Shown: positions 60,552-64,000 of the stretch, in pieces
Position numbering within the stretch: the first letter of the stretch is position 1
How the letters are laid out: each line of letters starts with the position of its first letter
Origin: an uncultured virus (IMG/VR IMGVR_UViG_2852300590_000011)
Lineage: Duplodnaviria; Heunggongvirae; Uroviricota; Caudoviricetes
IMG/VR virus record: IMGVR_UViG_2852300590_000011
Strand: one strand, 5' to 3'
DNA length: 64,000 bases
The notes under the pieces: generated by a model
Seen by the model: only the letters and a program-made list of their open reading frames with translations
The model's database searches: none
Told to the model about the DNA's origin: nothing
Position numbers and translations under genes: made by a program

Positions 60552-62505
60552 AATGTCGGGGCCAGTAAATCAAAAAAGCTGGTTTCGCATGCAGGCTAAA
60601 GAAGACCAAACGGCGGATATCTATATTTATGATGAAATCGGTGGGTGGGGAATTAGCGCAAGACGCTTTACGGAAGATTTAATCTCGCTGGGTAATCTCA
60701 GTCATATCAATCTGCATATTCACTCCCCCGGTGGTGAAGTGTTTGATGGTATCGCCATTTATAACCAACTTAAAAACCACTCTGCAACAATTACGGTTTA
60801 TATCGATGGTTTGGCCGCCTCAATGGCCTCAGTTATTGCGATGGTCGGGGATACGGTCATTATGCCGAAAAATGCCATGATGATGATCCACAAACCGTGG
60901 GGTGTCTCATGGGGAGATGCGAATGATATGCGTGAATATGCTGACTTACTCGACAAGTTAGAAAACGTATTAATCCCTGCTTATGTGGCGAAAACAGGGA
61001 AAACAACCGAAGAAATTACCGCCATGTTAGAGCAGGAAACATGGCTTGATGGTGACGAGTGTGTTGAACACGGTTTCGCCGATAAAGTGATTGAGCCAGT
61101 GAAAGCAATGGCAAGTCTTACATCTAAACGAATTGAGGAATTTTCATCTATGCCAAGTGCAATTAAAAATCAAATTACCCCCAAAAACACTACTAAACCT
61201 ACGCAACAGCCTCAACCAAATTCTTCACCAGAGCCACAGCCTAGCGCCTCCTTTGCGGATGAGCAAACACGCTTAAATGGCATTAAAGATTTATTTGCCA
61301 TGTTCGGTGGTCGTCATAATGAGCTAATGATCACGTGTTTAGCAGATGCGAACTGTTCTGTTGAAAAAGCGCGTGAGCAATTGCTCAATACGATTGCACA
61401 GCAACAAAATCCTGAGCCATCCAATAAAGATAATGCGCATATTTACGCAGGAAACGGCAATATCGTCGGTGACAGTGTGCGTGCCTCTGTGATGGCGCGT
61501 GCGGGTTATCAGGATTATGAAAAAGATAACGCCTATAACAGCATGACACTGCGTGAGTTAGCACGCGCATCACTGACGGAGCGTGGTGTTGGCGTGGCTA
61601 CGTATAATCCGATGCAAATGATTGGTATGGCCTTTACGCACAGCACCTCTGATTTCGGTAATATCCTGCTGGATGTCGCGAATAAAGCGATTTTGCTTGG
61701 TTGGGAAGAAAATGACGAAACCTTTGAGAAATGGACGAAAAAAGGACAACTCAGTGACTTTAAAACTGCACATCGTGTGGGATTAGGGGCATTCCCTTCC
61801 TTACGTCAAGTGCGTGAAGGTGCTGAGTATAAGTACGTTACGCTCGATGATAAAGGCGAAACCATCGCGCTGGCGACCTACGGTGAGTTATTTAGCATTA
61901 CCCGTCAAGCTATCATCAATGATGATATGAACATGCTGACGGATGTGCCAATGAAGTTCGGTCGTGCAGCGAAAGCGACAGTCGGCGATTTGGTGTATGC
62001 GGTACTTATCGACAATGAAAAAATGAGCGATAAAAAAGCACTATTTAGTACCGATCATAAAAACATGCTCACGGGCGGGATGGATGTAGAAACCATCAGT
62101 GCGGGTCGTACTGCTATGCGTCAACAAAAAGAAGGCGAACGAACACTCAATATTCGTCCGGCATTTATGTTGGTACCGACCACACTGGAAACACAAGCTA
62201 TCCAAGTGGTTAAATCGGGTAGTGTGAAAGGCGCAGATGTTAATGCCAATATTATTAATCCAGTACGTGATTTAGCTGAAATTATCGCCGAACCTCGGTT
62301 AGATGAAGCTAGTACAAAAGATTGGTATATGGCCTCACGCCAAGGTAGCGACACCATTGAAGTGGCGTACTTAAATGGGATTGATGTGCCATATATTGAT
62401 CAACTAGAAGGCTTTACCTCTGATGGTGTCACGACAAAAGTGCGTATTGATGCGGGTGTAGCGCCAGTTGATTATCGCGGTCTACTGAAAGTGACGGGTA
62501 AGTAA
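60517..62505 (+). CDS. ClpP-like protease/major capsid fusion
   Basis: HSPGGEVFDG, DGLAASMAS, MMIHKPW, then the capsid domain HSTSDF..IL, TYG..F.ITRQ.IINDD. Confidence 0.93.
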   Translation: MLNNKKSMMMPKMSGPVNQKSWFRMQAKEDQTADIYIYDEIGGWGISARRFTEDLISLGNLSHINLHIHSPGGEVFDGIAIYNQLKNHSATITVYIDGLAASMASVIAMVGDTVIMPKNAMMMIHKPWGVSWGDANDMREYADLLDKLENVLIPAYVAKTGKTTEEITAMLEQETWLDGDECVEHGFADKVIEPVKAMASLTSKRIEEFSSMPSAIKNQITPKNTTKPTQQPQPNSSPEPQPSASFADEQTRLNGIKDLFAMFGGRHNELMITCLADANCSVEKAREQLLNTIAQQQNPEPSNKDNAHIYAGNGNIVGDSVRASVMARAGYQDYEKDNAYNSMTLRELARASLTERGVGVATYNPMQMIGMAFTHSTSDFGNILLDVANKAILLGWEENDETFEKWTKKGQLSDFKTAHRVGLGAFPSLRQVREGAEYKYVTLDDKGETIALATYGELFSITRQAIINDDMNMLTDVPMKFGRAAKATVGDLVYAVLIDNEKMSDKKALFSTDHKNMLTGGMDVETISAGRTAMRQQKEGERTLNIRPAFMLVPTTLETQAIQVVKSGSVKGADVNANIINPVRDLAEIIAEPRLDEASTKDWYMASRQGSDTIEVAYLNGIDVPYIDQLEGFTSDGVTTKVRIDAGVAPVDYRGLLKVTGK

Positions 62506-62593
62506 GACGTCTTTTTTCTTCATTTTATCCTGATGCCCTGATGGGCTTTTTTTATATCTAAAATCCGGTGCTTCGGCATCGGAAGGAGTTTTT

Positions 62594-62944
62594 ATGGCTA
62601 AAAATTATGTACAACAGGGGGGCACAATTGCAATTGCCAACAACACAAAAGAGATCATTAAAAGTGGTCAATTGGTACACGTTGGTGCGGTTGCTTGTGT
62701 TGCGATCACGGATATTCAACCTAACGAAACCGGTGATGGTTTTGCAGAAGGTGTTTTCTTACTGAACAAGAAAACGGGAATTGCCTTAAAAGCGGGGGGA
62801 GTGGCCTCTGTTAAAGACAATATCGTGGTGGATACAGGTGGCACACCTGCTGGTGTGGTTTGGGATGATGCGGATGCATCGAGTGAACATGTCACTATTA
62901 AACTCAATGTCTTTGTGCCATCAGCGGGTACCCCTCAAGGTTAA
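62594..62944 (+). CDS. DUF2190 capsid cement protein
   Basis: MAKNYVQ.G; EGVF.L.K. Confidence 0.85.
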   Translation: MAKNYVQQGGTIAIANNTKEIIKSGQLVHVGAVACVAITDIQPNETGDGFAEGVFLLNKKTGIALKAGGVASVKDNIVVDTGGTPAGVVWDDADASSEHVTIKLNVFVPSAGTPQG

Positions 62945-62954
62945 GGCAACATAG

Positions 62955-63227
62955 ATGAATCCATTTGAACACTTAATAAAAAGAATGGATAACGCGACCA
63001 CTGAGCGGATGGGGATCCCCATCCGTATTAATGGTGTTATTTATCAAGCACTCGAATCTCACTTTATCCCTGAATTGGGGCCGATGAGTGGTGACGGGGT
63101 GAGCTATGTTGTTTTTTCTTCAACATATCACCCTAAGCGCAGTGACGCCGTAGAAATTGAGGGGGAAGCCTATCAAGTCACTCGACACCAAAAGTTTAAT
63201 GGGAAACCACATATTTGGATCAAATAG
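62955..63227 (+). CDS. Gifsy-2-type head-tail joining protein
   Basis: MNPF......D......MG; Y.VTR...FNGKP.IW. Confidence 0.75.
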   Translation: MNPFEHLIKRMDNATTERMGIPIRINGVIYQALESHFIPELGPMSGDGVSYVVFSSTYHPKRSDAVEIEGEAYQVTRHQKFNGKPHIWIK

Positions 63228-63800
63228 GTGGGTGATATGAAAGGGTTAGCGCAAGCCATTAAAAACCTGAATAGCATTAATGATGAAATGGTCCCGAAAG
63301 CAACGGCAATGGCGATTAACCGTGTTGCTCGTCGTGTCATTAGCCATAGTGTTAAACGGGTTTCATCTGAAACCAAAGTACCTCAACGCCTGATCCGTCA
63401 ACGTGTTCGACTTAGTCGAGCGAGTAGCCGTTATAAAACGCCTCGCGCTCGATTAGTGATAAATCGGGGTAATTTGCCGGCCATTGCCCTAGGTAATGCG
63501 CGCGTTCAGCTATCAAGAAAACGAGGTAATCAGAAAGGCGCTGGAAGTGTTTTGAAGGTGGGGAGATTTTCTTTTCCTCATACTTTTATTCAACAGCTTG
63601 ATAATGGCCGTTGGCATATTCTTCAGCGAGTTGGTCAAAGCCGTTATCCCATCGAGGTGGTAAAAATTCCGCTCGTCACACCGCTAACAACAGCTTACAC
63701 CGAAGAGTCAGAGAAATTGCTTCAATCTGATATGCCCAAAGAAATGGCGTCGGCCTTAAAGCAACAGTTACGGCTTTATATAAAAGGGAGGGTTTGGTGA
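63228..63800 (+). CDS. Minor tail protein Z-like
   Basis: AINRVA, NRGNLPAI.LG, FIQQL.NGRWH, RYPI.VVKIP. Confidence 0.9.
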   Translation: MGDMKGLAQAIKNLNSINDEMVPKATAMAINRVARRVISHSVKRVSSETKVPQRLIRQRVRLSRASSRYKTPRARLVINRGNLPAIALGNARVQLSRKRGNQKGAGSVLKVGRFSFPHTFIQQLDNGRWHILQRVGQSRYPIEVVKIPLVTPLTTAYTEESEKLLQSDMPKEMASALKQQLRLYIKGRVW

Positions 63801-64000
63801 TCAAACATACACAGATCCGACATGCAATTAAAGAGGCGATTGAGCCTCATGCCAATGGGGTGACAGTCTTTGATGGTCGCCCTTTTTTTGTGGATGAAAA
63901 CGACTTTCCAGCCATTGCGGTGTACATCACCGATGCTATTTCAACAGGTGAAAATCTCGATGAAGATAGTTGGCAAGCAATTGTTCACATAGAAGTTTTT
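63797..64000 (+). CDS. Minor tail protein U-like (partial)
   Basis: MIKHTQIR...FDGRP...DE.DFPAIAVY; runs off the window. Confidence 0.88.
   Translation, partial: MIKHTQIRHAIKEAIEPHANGVTVFDGRPFFVDENDFPAIAVYITDAISTGENLDEDSWQAIVHIEVF

Larger units (their letters stand above)
44350..64000. mobile_element. Prophage 2 (lambda/Gifsy-2-type head), truncated by the window end
   Basis: int-xis-repressor-rep-Q-MTase-lysis-cos-terminase-portal-ClpP/capsid-Z-U. Confidence 0.9.

Noticed and set aside
454..63376. Many short antisense or alternate-frame ORFs in the track (e.g. 454-654, 16258-16599, 22353-22742, 26727-27110, 52065-52466)
   Set aside because: They shadow well-supported phage genes and show no RBS or motif.

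Overview
AT-rich enterobacterial chromosome segment. A Proteus/Morganellaceae host is inferred from the MrpJ-type regulator and general gene content, not confirmed. The window is a tandem array of elements stacked at the icd (isocitrate dehydrogenase) 3'-end attachment site. (1) 1-~39430: a near-complete lambdoid prophage. Its early region resembles SfV/e14, and it has a holin/SAR-endolysin/spanin cassette, an HK97-type head and a siphoviral tail. Its morons include a Pro-rich peptide plus 2-TM protein, a BRCT protein next to cI, csp plus an ATT-start YmcF-like gene, YagU, YqaE/Pmp3, a YecR lipoprotein, an MrpJ-like regulator, and a Slam/type 11 secretion gene with a frameshifted lipoprotein cargo. 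(2) 39592-44235: a 4.6-kb integrase-less element between two icd 3'-end copies. It holds a tail-gene relic, an integron-like module (attI-like site, an empty cassette, and a gene cassette between two attC sites, one Vibrio-like), a DUF4238-like gene, and a separate family of paired palindromic repeats. This is the most unusual part of the window and looks like a cassette-built defence hotspot. (3) ~44350-64000+: a second prophage with a stripped-down early region, a cluster of small HTH regulators, a DNA methyltransferase, lysis genes, a cos-like site and lambda/Gifsy-2-type head-tail genes, running off the window. All family assignments come from recognising motifs by eye; no searches were run.
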